The position numbers were made by a program, and so were the translations under genes. The notes below the pieces were generated by a model. The model was not told where the DNA came from and searched no databases. It saw only the letters and a program-made list of their open reading frames with translations. A stretch of DNA of 38,860 bases from Candidatus Spechtbacteria bacterium SB0662_bin_43 (GTDB lineage: Bacteria; Patescibacteriota; Minisyncoccia; Spechtbacterales; 2-12-FULL-38-22): positions 1 to 38,860 of the forward strand of contig VXOY01000032.1 of assembly GCA_009839835.1 (NCBI GenBank). The letters are read 5' to 3'. Shown here piece after piece: positions 9,221-19,067 of the stretch. Within the stretch, counting starts at the first letter, position 1; every line of letters starts with the position of its first letter.

Positions 9221-10624
9221 CTATACGCTATACCTTGACTGTATATCGGCAAACGATAATCCCTGCAAAACATCGTGAATACAACGAGATATATCAGAGC
9301 ACTGAACTCGCACCTGCTCCATCGAGTCGCGGTCGCGGAGCGTTGCAGTATCGTCCTGCAATGAGTCGCCATCTATGGTCACGCACAACGGTGTTCCTAT
9401 TTCGTCCTGCCTGCGATACCGTTTTCCTATGGCGCCACTCTGGTCGTAGAACGCGCTATACGAGCCTGACAACGAACCCCATAGAGTGGTTGCTTTTTGG
9501 CGCATCTGACTGTCGTTCGCAACCAACGGGAATACTGCAACAGTGTAAGGCGATAGCCAAGGTGCAATTTTCAGAACAATCCGCGTATCGTTTTCCAATA
9601 CTTCTTCTGTGTACCCATCTACCAACACTGCAAGGAGAGTCCGTTCAACGCCGAATGTTGGTTCAATGGTGTGCGGAACTACCTTTTCGTTCGTTTGTGC
9701 ATCTACTATCACAAGCGTCTCGTTGCTGTGGGATGCGTGTTGTTGCAAATCGTAGTCGCCACGATACGCCAGACCATACAGCTCTTTTCTCCCAAATGGA
9801 AAATCGTACTCAATATCAACTGTTCGTTGCGAGTAGTGCGCTCGCTCCCCTTCAGGAATCTCTGCACGATGGATACGCGTTTTCTTGAGTCCGAGTCGCT
9901 GTATCCACGCATCCATCTCCTGCAACCACTCTTCAAAATGCTCCTCCCACTCGCTTGCACGGACAAAATACTCAATCTCCATCTGCTCAAATTCGCGGGT
10001 ACGAAAAATAAAGTTCCGTGGCGTTATCTCATTACGAAACGCTTTCCCTATCTGCGCAACACCGAACGGCAACGAGACACGGCTGGAGGAGACAATATTT
10101 TTGAAATCAACAAACATTGCTTGTGCGGTCTCAGGTCGAAGGTACACAGTGCTCATTGTCTCTTCTGTTGTGCCAATGTGGGTTTGAAAGAGCAGATTAA
10201 AGTGTCGTGCGTTTGTTAAAGCATTTCCATCTGGGCTCTTGATGCCGCGTTCCTCTATAACAGCAGACATCTCGTCAATACCCATACCAGTTATATCAAT
10301 ATCGTGTTCTTCCAAAAGGTGATCCAAACGATACCTCTTATGTGTTTTGACATCTTCCACCAAAGGGTCGCTAAATTCTGCAACATGACCGCTCGCTTCC
10401 CATACTTTTGGGTTCATAATGATGGATGCGTCTAAACCAACGATGTTCTGCCGTTTCCGAACAAACATCTTCCACCACTCGTTCTTGATATTATTCTTCA
10501 TCTCAACACCCAATGGCCCATAGTCAAACGCATTTGAGATACCGCCATAAATCTCAGAGCTTGGAAAAATAAAACCCCGTCTCTTTGCCAATGCTACAAT
10601 AGCGTTTATGTCCTTTTGTTCCAT
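9221..10624 (-). CDS. glyQS: glycine--tRNA ligase, homodimeric (alpha2) type
   Basis: KRRGFIF.SSEIYGG, YLRPETAQ, FRNEITPRNFIFRTREFEQME, IGKRYRRQDEIGTP. Confidence 0.96.
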   Translation of the reverse strand: MEQKDINAIVALAKRRGFIFPSSEIYGGISNAFDYGPLGVEMKNNIKNEWWKMFVRKRQNIVGLDASIIMNPKVWEASGHVAEFSDPLVEDVKTHKRYRLDHLLEEHDIDITGMGIDEMSAVIEERGIKSPDGNALTNARHFNLLFQTHIGTTEETMSTVYLRPETAQAMFVDFKNIVSSSRVSLPFGVAQIGKAFRNEITPRNFIFRTREFEQMEIEYFVRASEWEEHFEEWLQEMDAWIQRLGLKKTRIHRAEIPEGERAHYSQRTVDIEYDFPFGRKELYGLAYRGDYDLQQHASHSNETLVIVDAQTNEKVVPHTIEPTFGVERTLLAVLVDGYTEEVLENDTRIVLKIAPWLSPYTVAVFPLVANDSQMRQKATTLWGSLSGSYSAFYDQSGAIGKRYRRQDEIGTPLCVTIDGDSLQDDTATLRDRDSMEQVRVQCSDISRCIHDVLQGLSFADIQSRYSV

Positions 10625-10632
10625 ACAAAATC

Positions 10633-12324
10633 TCAGAACGTAACAATACCGTCTGTGCGAGAAATGTTCTCATCGTCAGGCAGTGAGGAATCAACAGAAG
10701 GAAGGACTTGCTCTATCACATCCTTTGCTTCAGCATCAAGCGCACGGAACGATGTTGGTTGGAGGATTTGAACAAGATTGCCCTCGTGCTCAGAGCGTGG
10801 AATCACCCATACAGCAAACGAAATTTCATCGTAGAAAAACGGATCTAATGTGTCCAACTCCCACACAACCTCCTTTTTCTCTTCGTCATAAAACAACGAA
10901 TCTTGTCTCACAGGATACACACTGCCACCAAAATCAACGTTATCGGGCAGTCGTGCAATGACTTTTACATTATTCAGTGCGCTCAAGCTGTTATGAATTC
11001 TCCAGTACACAACAAAACTGGTCTCCTCTCCAACAACAGGTGGAATAGGGCCATTCGCAGGAAAATACTGAGAAGAGTGTGTTACCCGTTGCGAAAATTG
11101 CGGGTTGCCTGTAAGCGACAACTCCTGTTGAGCTGTTTGACGCAACTCACCTCTCTTTTCTAAAGAGGCGCGCGCCTCTACCTCAATCAGAAAATCTTTT
11201 CTCTGGTCTGACGCAAGCCGTTCAAAATCCCGTACAGAGAATGAGAGGATTGCCCTCACCTCTTGTTGCTGCGGCAGAACACGGAACGTGTTCATAGTGA
11301 GGTAGCCCCACGAAATCTCATTGTTGTTCTTCTGGGATCCATACCCACCTGTTGCGGTCTGAATATCAACGAATTCTTCAGGGAGAACCGCGCTCACAAC
11401 AACATTACTCATATCTACATCTCCCTTATTTTTTACAATAATATCTAAAACAACCTCAGAACCTGATTTTACATTTTTACTATTACCTCTTTTGGCAACC
11501 TCTACCAAGAGTGGTGAGCTTGTAACACGTACTGCCTGCTGTGTTGCAAACAACGGCAGAAAGTCAAGACCTCTATAGTGCCCAACTTCCACAGTAAGGG
11601 AAAAACTATTGGAATCACCTTTCCACGTTCCAGTAAAATTCAAATCCTTCTTTTCTCCTCGTTTTACATCGTCAAGTCGCCACGCCAACTCTCTATCAAA
11701 GTCAGGCATAGAGTGTTCTATCTCAAACTCTTCAGGTGCAATAATCCGTGCGTATAAAGACGCCTTGTCAAGTGAGGAACGAGGTGTGATACGAATCACG
11801 CCCTCTAACTTTTCTTGAATATACACTTCTTTAGGAATATCAATCTCCACCTCTGCATCCAGAGAACCAATAATGATATTCTCCGATTCCTTCGTTGAGT
11901 ACCGAACATTAATGTCTTGAGGTGAATAATCAGCTCGTGCCTCCACCTTGACAGTCTTGTCGGTAGAGATAGCAGAGATGTTTGTGGCAATACGATGCTC
12001 CCTACCCGGATGCAAAGAATCAATGGTTGCGCTTTTGAGACGCATACCATCATCGAAGACTAACTCTTCTGGTAGATGGATGGCAATACGGATGTCTTCA
12101 ATAACAGATGTTGATCCATTATAGAGAGCAACCTCTATAGGAGTAGTACTCCCTCCCTCAATGCTTGCGGGTGCATCAATGATCAAATGAATATCGTCAC
12201 GGATAAAATCACCCCGAGAAAAATAAGTGAATACAATCGCACCTGTCAATAACACAAACGCAAGGAGCGCTGCTTGCCACATTTTCAGTACAGGAAATTT
12301 GTGTTTCGTAGTAGGTTTATCCAT
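10633..12324 (-). CDS. membrane-anchored extracellular beta-sandwich (DUF11/Ig-like) protein
   Basis: One N-terminal TM helix. Repeated beta-rich units such as IIVKNKGDVDMSNVVVSAVLP and NVKVIARLP, plus GPIPPVVGEET. Confidence 0.6.
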   Translation of the reverse strand: MDKPTTKHKFPVLKMWQAALLAFVLLTGAIVFTYFSRGDFIRDDIHLIIDAPASIEGGSTTPIEVALYNGSTSVIEDIRIAIHLPEELVFDDGMRLKSATIDSLHPGREHRIATNISAISTDKTVKVEARADYSPQDINVRYSTKESENIIIGSLDAEVEIDIPKEVYIQEKLEGVIRITPRSSLDKASLYARIIAPEEFEIEHSMPDFDRELAWRLDDVKRGEKKDLNFTGTWKGDSNSFSLTVEVGHYRGLDFLPLFATQQAVRVTSSPLLVEVAKRGNSKNVKSGSEVVLDIIVKNKGDVDMSNVVVSAVLPEEFVDIQTATGGYGSQKNNNEISWGYLTMNTFRVLPQQQEVRAILSFSVRDFERLASDQRKDFLIEVEARASLEKRGELRQTAQQELSLTGNPQFSQRVTHSSQYFPANGPIPPVVGEETSFVVYWRIHNSLSALNNVKVIARLPDNVDFGGSVYPVRQDSLFYDEEKKEVVWELDTLDPFFYDEISFAVWVIPRSEHEGNLVQILQPTSFRALDAEAKDVIEQVLPSVDSSLPDDENISRTDGIVTF

Positions 12325-12919
12325 ATATATGTTCTCTGACTGTCAAGCCAAAAAAATGAATTGGTGTATTAAAATGACGTTGGAGCGTTTGCTGCAGAGA
12401 GGCATCAATATCGTACCCAGGGCGGTCATTGAACGAAGAGACTATGCTATCATCTCCTACCCCCATTATACCAAGAAGTCTGTTCAACCATTGCTTTTCA
12501 GCATTCCACAACACCTCTTCTGTTTGATTCGTGCTACACTCTTCTACAATCCCTGCAACATCGTGTAGCGATGACACCAACAAATCCCACATACTCTCGT
12601 CTCGTTCATTGTCGTAGAGCAAGGTATTGCATAGTAGCAAAAAAGAGTAAAGATAGCCATACCCATACATTGTGCGCCCTATATCAGGAAACAAAGAAAT
12701 AGCAGACACACTACGCACAAAAGGAATATGTTTTCCCAAGATAAACACAATCCGCACCACTCCGAAATGATGGAGAAAGTGAGCTTGCTTGGTGGTAATT
12801 TTTTTTCCGCCACGGACTATCATCTGCATTTTACCAAATTCTCGAGTAAAAAAAGATACCTTCATGTCGTGTTCGCCGTAATCGTGCATATTCAATACAA
12901 TAGCGTCTGTTCCGTACAT
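12317..12919 (-). CDS. recO: DNA repair protein RecO
   Basis: AIVL...DYGEHD..V.FFTREFGK...VRG OB-fold start. Lies close upstream of glyQS. Confidence 0.85.
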   Translation of the reverse strand: MYGTDAIVLNMHDYGEHDMKVSFFTREFGKMQMIVRGGKKITTKQAHFLHHFGVVRIVFILGKHIPFVRSVSAISLFPDIGRTMYGYGYLYSFLLLCNTLLYDNERDESMWDLLVSSLHDVAGIVEECSTNQTEEVLWNAEKQWLNRLLGIMGVGDDSIVSSFNDRPGYDIDASLQQTLQRHFNTPIHFFGLTVREHIYG

Positions 12920-12924
12920 ACCAC

Positions 12925-15900
12925 CTATACAAATGGAGCAATAGAAAACATCACAACATCTTTATCGTTCACAGGAACCTCAACTTTTACCTCATTATGA
13001 AGGTGCGACACCCCTTCTTCTAAGGTACGTGCTCCTGTCTCGCTCGCTATTCTCTCCTTATCTCCATCAAAAATATCAGCCACCTGTTGTGGTACGCGGT
13101 AGTAAATAGCAATATCGTCAGACGCATGCAATCCAAGTGTTTTGCGAGCTTCCTGTATTCTGCGAATACATTCGCGTATCATGCCTTCGTGTTTCAGTTC
13201 GGGGGTAAGACGAATATCAAGTCCAACATCGTGCTCTTCGTCGTACTTCCAAGAGCCGTTATGATATTTTTCCTTGACAATTGACTCAACATTGACCTCT
13301 TCTCTGAGAAGATTGGAAAACGCAGACGATACGTGGCGCGGTAGAATAACCGCAGACAGAGGTTGACGTACCCGTATCTTATGCTCTGCCCGTACCCTCA
13401 ACACTGCCTGGGCGTACAGCCGTATAGAGTGCATAGAAGAAAGAATGGTCTTGTCCTGTTTTGTCATCTCCTTTCGTATCTTCCACTCCTCCCAATGAAC
13501 GCTCTGTTTCTGCGTATTGTGGATTGATTGCCACACCTCTTCTGCAATAAATGGAGTGAAAGGAGCGAGTAATTGAGCAGTCTCACTCAACACCCACAAC
13601 GCAACACGCGCTCGTTTCCTCAGCTCTTGAGACGAAGAGGGGCGCTGAAACGCGTTGCGCGATCTCCTGATATACCAACGAGAGAGGTCGTTCACAATAA
13701 AATCTTCCAAAGTGCGAGCCGCGTTCATAACATCGTACTCGTCTAAAAATGTTGCAACAGAAAGAGCAACCTCTCCAAGGCGAATGAGAATCCAGCGCTC
13801 CAGAACACTGTCTGCTCGCGGAGCACGGCTCGGCACTGTCTCGTTCGGAGCATAGGTGCGCACGAACAGGAACGAGTTATAAAACAGTGCAATGCTCGTC
13901 CGTTGCGCCTGCGCCACGTCTTTTTCAGTAAATCGTTTCACGTCCCCAGGGTTGTTCACGGTGAAAAAATACCAACGAACAGCGTCCATCCCATACTTAT
14001 CTGCCAACAATATCGGGTCAACGATATTACCCTTGCTCTTTGACATCTTCTTTCCTTTGCTATCCAGCACATGACCCAACGAGATGCCATTCCGAAATGG
14101 AGGGGTTGTAACGTTCGGAGACTGAACCATTGTACTCACAGCAAGAAGCGTATAAAACCACCCGCGTGTTTGATCTACTGCCTCGCTAATGTAGTCAGCA
14201 GGAAATACCTCACCCTTTTCTATCTGCTGTTTTCGCTGAAAGGGGTAGTGTGTACTTGCGTACGGCATCGCACCAGAATCAAACCATACATCTGCTAAGT
14301 AAGGTTCTCTCCTCATCACTCCTGTGTCGCATTTTTTACACGAGAATGTAATGTCGTCTATGTAGGGTCGGTGAAAATCAAGGTCGCCTTTATCATTGAT
14401 TGGAAACTGAGCGTACGAACAAACTTTATACGCACCAGGGGATAATTTTAATGCATCAAGTCGTGTAATAGTTTCATCTACCGTCCATCCTTGTATCGCC
14501 TTTTCTAATAAAAAGAGAGGGTCTCCATGACTTACAAGAGCAATCTTTTTCCCACTGTATTTTTTTTCTAAATCTTGTATAAAGCGAACCACTCGTTTCT
14601 GTACCTGCGTAAATGTTTCAGCACCCTTTGGAGCGTCAACGAACATCTTTCGTAGATCCGGGTACTCCTCGTCTAATAAACGTACAGATTTTCCCTCCCA
14701 CACGCCGTGTCGTGTTTCTGCTAATCGCTTGTCAACAATAACCTCTACACCCCCGAGTTGTTTCGAAATAATATCTGCTGTCTGCCGTGTTCGCAAAAAT
14801 GGTGATGTAAAAATAATATCAATACCTCCCTTTTTTTGAATATCCTCTGCTGTTTTTTGAACAACCTTACTACCTCTTGGCAACAAATCATACTCTACTG
14901 ATTCAGGATAGTCGCCAGCAAACAGCCCTTTTGAATTTTTTGCAGTCTCTCCATGCCGCACAAGGATATACGAGTTGCGCCCCTTTGTCGCTTCTGCAAT
15001 ATCTTTTCGCGAACCCAGTACAGAAAGGGCATCGCACTCTTGCGCGTCACAACGCCAAATAGGGAGGGGAGTCCCCCAGTAGCGGGAACGGGACAGTGCC
15101 CAGTCCTTTACATCAACAAGCCACTCTCCAAATCGCCCATTCTTGATGTGCTGAGGAACCCAATTGATTGCGTTGTTTGCTTCAATCAAATCGTCTTTCA
15201 ACGCGCTCATCCGTAAAAACCACGAGTGTCGTGCGTAATAAATGAGCGGAAGAGAACAACGCCAACAGAACGGGTACGAGTGTTTATAGCGTTCCTTTTT
15301 ATAGAGCAGTGAACGTTTTTTCAACGCATCAATGATAAGCGAATCCGACTCCTTAGCGTTCTTTCCTTTCCAACCCTTCACAAGGTTATTGAACGCACCG
15401 TCAAGATTAACAGTATGAACAACAGGAAGACCGTGCTTGAGAGCCAATTGATAGTCGTCATCTCCGTACGGAGGAGCAATATGAACAACACCTGTGCCCT
15501 CACCTGTTGTAACAAAATCTGCTCCATACACACAAAACGCTTCGTCTGTATCGCTGTGCTCACGCAAGGCATCAAACGGTGGGTCGTATCGTAACCCAAC
15601 AAGATCTTTCCCTGAAATGGTTCGTATTTTTTTGAACGAATCTCCCAAAACACTCACTTGCTCCTCTGCAATAATAAAGTGTTCGTTCTCCTGTTCTACC
15701 ACTGCGTACGGTATCTTTTCACCAACCGCAAGCGCAATGTTGGCGGGGAGTGTCCAGGGCGTTGTAGTCCAAACCAAAATACTCGTTCCTTCTGGAATAG
15801 TGTCGGATTGAGTGTTGTGGACACGAAACCGCACAAAAACACTCTGGTCAACAACATCTTCATACCCTTGCGCCACTTCGTGCGAGGAAAGCGAGGTGCC

Positions 15901-16431
15901 GCATCTGGTACAAAACGGAGAAACGCGATACCCCTCATAGAGTATGTCTTTTTTAAACGCTTGGGACAAAACCCAAAACAACGACTCCATATAGAGCGGG
16001 TCGTAGGTAGTGTATGGATCACTCACATCAACCCAATAACCCATTCGCTCGGTCAAATGTTCCCACTCCTGCCGATACCTCCACACAGAATCGCGACATC
16101 GCTGGTTAAACTTCGCAATACCGTACTCTTCAATATCTTTTTTGTTCTTAAAACCCAACTCTTTTTCAACCTGTATCTCAACAGGCAGACCGTGCGTATC
16201 CCATCCTGCTCGCCTCTCAACACGGTACCCCCGCATCGTCTTATAGCGGCACATAACGTCCTTGAACGACCGTGCCAAAATATGATGCAATCCAGGCATC
16301 CCATTCGCTGTTGGCGGTCCTTCGTAGAAAACAAACCGCTTGTTTTTCGGACGCAACAAAACACTCTTTTCAAATGCTTTTATTGCTCTCCATCGTTTTA
16401 TAACTTGTTCTTCCAGAGGTGCAAACTCCAT
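12925..16431 (-). CDS. ileS: isoleucine--tRNA ligase type 2 with an inserted histidine-phosphatase domain
   Basis: FYEGPPTANG.PGLHH, GWDTHGLPVE, WTTTPWTLP, DWALSRSRYWGTPLP, DQTRGWFY, KMSKS. The insert carries RHG...SHGD. Confidence 0.96.
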   Translation of the reverse strand: MEFAPLEEQVIKRWRAIKAFEKSVLLRPKNKRFVFYEGPPTANGMPGLHHILARSFKDVMCRYKTMRGYRVERRAGWDTHGLPVEIQVEKELGFKNKKDIEEYGIAKFNQRCRDSVWRYRQEWEHLTERMGYWVDVSDPYTTYDPLYMESLFWVLSQAFKKDILYEGYRVSPFCTRCGTSLSSHEVAQGYEDVVDQSVFVRFRVHNTQSDTIPEGTSILVWTTTPWTLPANIALAVGEKIPYAVVEQENEHFIIAEEQVSVLGDSFKKIRTISGKDLVGLRYDPPFDALREHSDTDEAFCVYGADFVTTGEGTGVVHIAPPYGDDDYQLALKHGLPVVHTVNLDGAFNNLVKGWKGKNAKESDSLIIDALKKRSLLYKKERYKHSYPFCWRCSLPLIYYARHSWFLRMSALKDDLIEANNAINWVPQHIKNGRFGEWLVDVKDWALSRSRYWGTPLPIWRCDAQECDALSVLGSRKDIAEATKGRNSYILVRHGETAKNSKGLFAGDYPESVEYDLLPRGSKVVQKTAEDIQKKGGIDIIFTSPFLRTRQTADIISKQLGGVEVIVDKRLAETRHGVWEGKSVRLLDEEYPDLRKMFVDAPKGAETFTQVQKRVVRFIQDLEKKYSGKKIALVSHGDPLFLLEKAIQGWTVDETITRLDALKLSPGAYKVCSYAQFPINDKGDLDFHRPYIDDITFSCKKCDTGVMRREPYLADVWFDSGAMPYASTHYPFQRKQQIEKGEVFPADYISEAVDQTRGWFYTLLAVSTMVQSPNVTTPPFRNGISLGHVLDSKGKKMSKSKGNIVDPILLADKYGMDAVRWYFFTVNNPGDVKRFTEKDVAQAQRTSIALFYNSFLFVRTYAPNETVPSRAPRADSVLERWILIRLGEVALSVATFLDEYDVMNAARTLEDFIVNDLSRWYIRRSRNAFQRPSSSQELRKRARVALWVLSETAQLLAPFTPFIAEEVWQSIHNTQKQSVHWEEWKIRKEMTKQDKTILSSMHSIRLYAQAVLRVRAEHKIRVRQPLSAVILPRHVSSAFSNLLREEVNVESIVKEKYHNGSWKYDEEHDVGLDIRLTPELKHEGMIRECIRRIQEARKTLGLHASDDIAIYYRVPQQVADIFDGDKERIASETGARTLEEGVSHLHNEVKVEVPVNDKDVVMFSIAPFV

Positions 16432-16452
16432 ACTTCTCCTGCATTACTTCTC

Positions 16453-18189
16453 CTACATTGAATCAGGGTGGGATATACCCATTAAGTCAAGTGTGCTTTG
16501 CAGTACAACACCCGTTGTTGCAACCAGCGCCAAACGCGCTTTGTGAACCGTACCATCCTCTATCACGCGACAATCCCGATAGAATTGGTTGAACTGACGG
16601 GCAACCTCCAACACAAAAGAGCTCAAAAGATGAACCTGATAGTGTTGCGCAACCTCTTCTACAACATCAGGGGTGCGAACAATGCTACGCAACAACCGCA
16701 TCTCTTGCTCTGTGTGGAGCTCGTCCAGCGCGGATGGCTCAGGGCGCTCACCGCACTCTTCTGCTTTTTTTACAATACTACAAATCCGTGCGTTCGTATA
16801 TTGAATATAATAAACAGGGTTCTTGTTGGTTGTCTGGGTTGCAAGATCTAAATCAAACTCCATCTGCGAATTGAGGGATTTTGTAAGGTAAAAGTACCGC
16901 GCAACATCAACTCCAACCGCGTCTATCATGTCAGACATCGTAATAATCGTGCCTTTTCGCTTTGATAACTTTTCACCGTTTTTGAGACGCACCAACTGGG
17001 CGATGAGGATATGGAATTGGAATGGAGAAATATCTTCCCCATACACCTCTTGCACTGCTGCACTCAATCTTGGTTTATGCCCTTGATGGTCTGCGCCCCA
17101 GATGTCTATAAGGGTCGTAAACCCTCGCTTGAGCTTATCAACGTGATACGCAATGTCTGCCAGAAAATACGTGTTTTCACCATTGGAACGAACCAAAACA
17201 TTATCTTGGCTCAAGCCCAGCTCTTTTGTTCTCAGCCACAGTGCTCCTTCGCTCTCATACACCAAATCTCCCATCGTGCCAGAGTCAAACATCTCATCAT
17301 CCTCTGTCATCTGCTCTTCACTCACCTGAACCCTGCTCTTCAAAAGATCAATTACCTCGCGTATTGCTCTTCCATTGTTTTCATACAAATCCTCTTCTTC
17401 TTTCCATACATCAAACGCAATACCTGCTTTTTGTTCTAAAAATGCAGCAATATCTTTTTGAATTGCACCTGCCATCACATAACCCGCTTCTGCGTACGAC
17501 TTACACCGTTCTATCTCGTCACGGTGCTGCGCTATTTTTGTATCCAAATACTCCCCTTTGTACGACTCGCCTTCTCCTTGTACTGTTTTGCCCAGCTCTT
17601 GTATCTGCACGCTGTGCTGTGCGTTGTTGATGTAGTACTCGCGCGTAACATCGTACCCTGATGCAGATAATACCCGCCCCAGCACATCGCCATAGAACGC
17701 GGTACGGGCGTGCCCAACGTGCAACTCGCCCGTTGGATTCACTGACACAAACTCAAGGTTCAATTTCTCACCCTTGCCCACCTGCACAAAACGCGGAGAG
17801 GTATTTTTGAACGTATCGTGCGCTTGACGGATGAGCGCTGACGGTGCAAGATAAAAATTAATATACCCTGGTGCTACTGCCTCGCAACGAGAACAATACG
17901 AGGAAAACGCCTCGTTTTCTTGCAAGAGAGCACAGAGCTGTTGAGCGACCTCAAGAGCGGTCGCGTTGCTATACTGTGCCAATTCCATAATAGGCAACGA
18001 GTAATCGCCGTGATCCAGCCGAGACGAGTGCTTCATTGTATAAAAAGTCCGCTCACGGACAACCTTTCCGATAGCATCAGTGTCCTTATCCAGCGATTCG
18101 TTGTGGACAAAAAGCCCCTCCTTGTGAGCGTTCTTAATGCTTTCCCATAGTAAATCGTGCAGTTCCTCGCGGATAGTTTTTGTAGGCAT
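16453..18189 (-). CDS. argS: arginine--tRNA ligase
   Basis: LEFVSVNPTGELHVGH, WGADH, KLSKRKG, NPVYYIQY..ARI.S. Confidence 0.96.
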   Translation of the reverse strand: MPTKTIREELHDLLWESIKNAHKEGLFVHNESLDKDTDAIGKVVRERTFYTMKHSSRLDHGDYSLPIMELAQYSNATALEVAQQLCALLQENEAFSSYCSRCEAVAPGYINFYLAPSALIRQAHDTFKNTSPRFVQVGKGEKLNLEFVSVNPTGELHVGHARTAFYGDVLGRVLSASGYDVTREYYINNAQHSVQIQELGKTVQGEGESYKGEYLDTKIAQHRDEIERCKSYAEAGYVMAGAIQKDIAAFLEQKAGIAFDVWKEEEDLYENNGRAIREVIDLLKSRVQVSEEQMTEDDEMFDSGTMGDLVYESEGALWLRTKELGLSQDNVLVRSNGENTYFLADIAYHVDKLKRGFTTLIDIWGADHQGHKPRLSAAVQEVYGEDISPFQFHILIAQLVRLKNGEKLSKRKGTIITMSDMIDAVGVDVARYFYLTKSLNSQMEFDLDLATQTTNKNPVYYIQYTNARICSIVKKAEECGERPEPSALDELHTEQEMRLLRSIVRTPDVVEEVAQHYQVHLLSSFVLEVARQFNQFYRDCRVIEDGTVHKARLALVATTGVVLQSTLDLMGISHPDSM

Positions 18190-18218
18190 AGGTACATTTT
18201 ACCACAAAAAGAACGAGT

Positions 18219-18662
18219 ATGAAAACGTATATAACAAACAAAAACGCGTCTTTCAACTACACCATTAGCGAGAAATACGAAGCAGGAATAGTCCTGAGAG
18301 GATTTGAAGTAAAAGCAGTAAAAACAGGGAGGGCGACTATACAAGGATCTCATATTACCGTAGAACACAACGAGGTATTTCTTGTTGGAGCAACGATCGC
18401 GCCATACCAACCAGCCAACACACCGTCAGACTACGACCCGCAAAGAAAACGGAAATTGCTCCTCACAAAGCAAGAAATACAGACCTTGCTTGGAAAAAAA
18501 ACACAGGCAGGATTGACAATTGTGCCTCTTAAGATTTATAATAAAAACAATACTATCAAACTTGAAATTGCCCTTGCGCGCGGAAAGAAAAAGCACGACA
18601 AGCGCGAGCACATCAAGAAACGAGACACAGACCGAGAGTTAAGAAGAGTGCACGCACAATAG
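18219..18662 (+). CDS. smpB: SsrA-binding protein SmpB
   Basis: NKNA.FNY, EAGIVL.G.EVK, R.RKLLL, GKKKHDKRE. Adjacent to tmRNA. Confidence 0.97.
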   Translation: MKTYITNKNASFNYTISEKYEAGIVLRGFEVKAVKTGRATIQGSHITVEHNEVFLVGATIAPYQPANTPSDYDPQRKRKLLLTKQEIQTLLGKKTQAGLTIVPLKIYNKNNTIKLEIALARGKKKHDKREHIKKRDTDRELRRVHAQ

Positions 18663-18674
18663 TATTATAGTAGA

Positions 18675-19050
18675 GGGGGCGTACGCTTCGATCAGTTACC
18701 CCTTTCAAAAATTGCAGGCTCGTGTGTCGGCACGATAAAAACCGAAAATAAATAAGAGTAAACTTATTTGAGCGGGTCAAAGTTGCTTTTAGCAACCTAA
18801 CTCCTGCACCTGTTTACGCCTAAACCCGTAAACCATCGCTTTGTGTGACACCTGATAGCACGATAGCGGTGACACACCACACCATCAGGTTCGCGTATAT
18901 CCCCTCTCCAGGATATACGTTCAAAAACGGAGATTGGGCTTATGGTATTTTGACCATTTTTAGTCATACGCCTGAAAATATAAATGGTCTATGCATGTAG
19001 ACATTTTTGGAAGATAATTGAGACGGGAGTTCAATCTCCCCGCCTCCACA
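18675..19050 (+). ncRNA. ssrA: tmRNA
   Basis: 5' GGGGGCG pairs with 3' CGCCTCC-A, including the G3-U alanine determinant. T-arm GGGAG/CTCCC. Internal tag frame 18758-18823. Immediately after smpB. Confidence 0.93.
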
Positions 19051-19067
19051 CATCATTAACTACTTCG

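Noticed and set aside
9151-9888. Long antisense ORFs (this one, 15658-16461, 2103-2864 and others)
   Set aside because: They are shadows of well-supported genes on the opposite strand and have no recognisable motifs.
19021-19060. Element integrated at the tmRNA 3' end
   Set aside because: infC follows immediately, and I saw no duplicate of the tmRNA 3' end in the window.
18984-19067. N-terminal extension of IF-3 in the ORF track
   Set aside because: It overlaps the tmRNA 3' domain and has no IF-3-like sequence.
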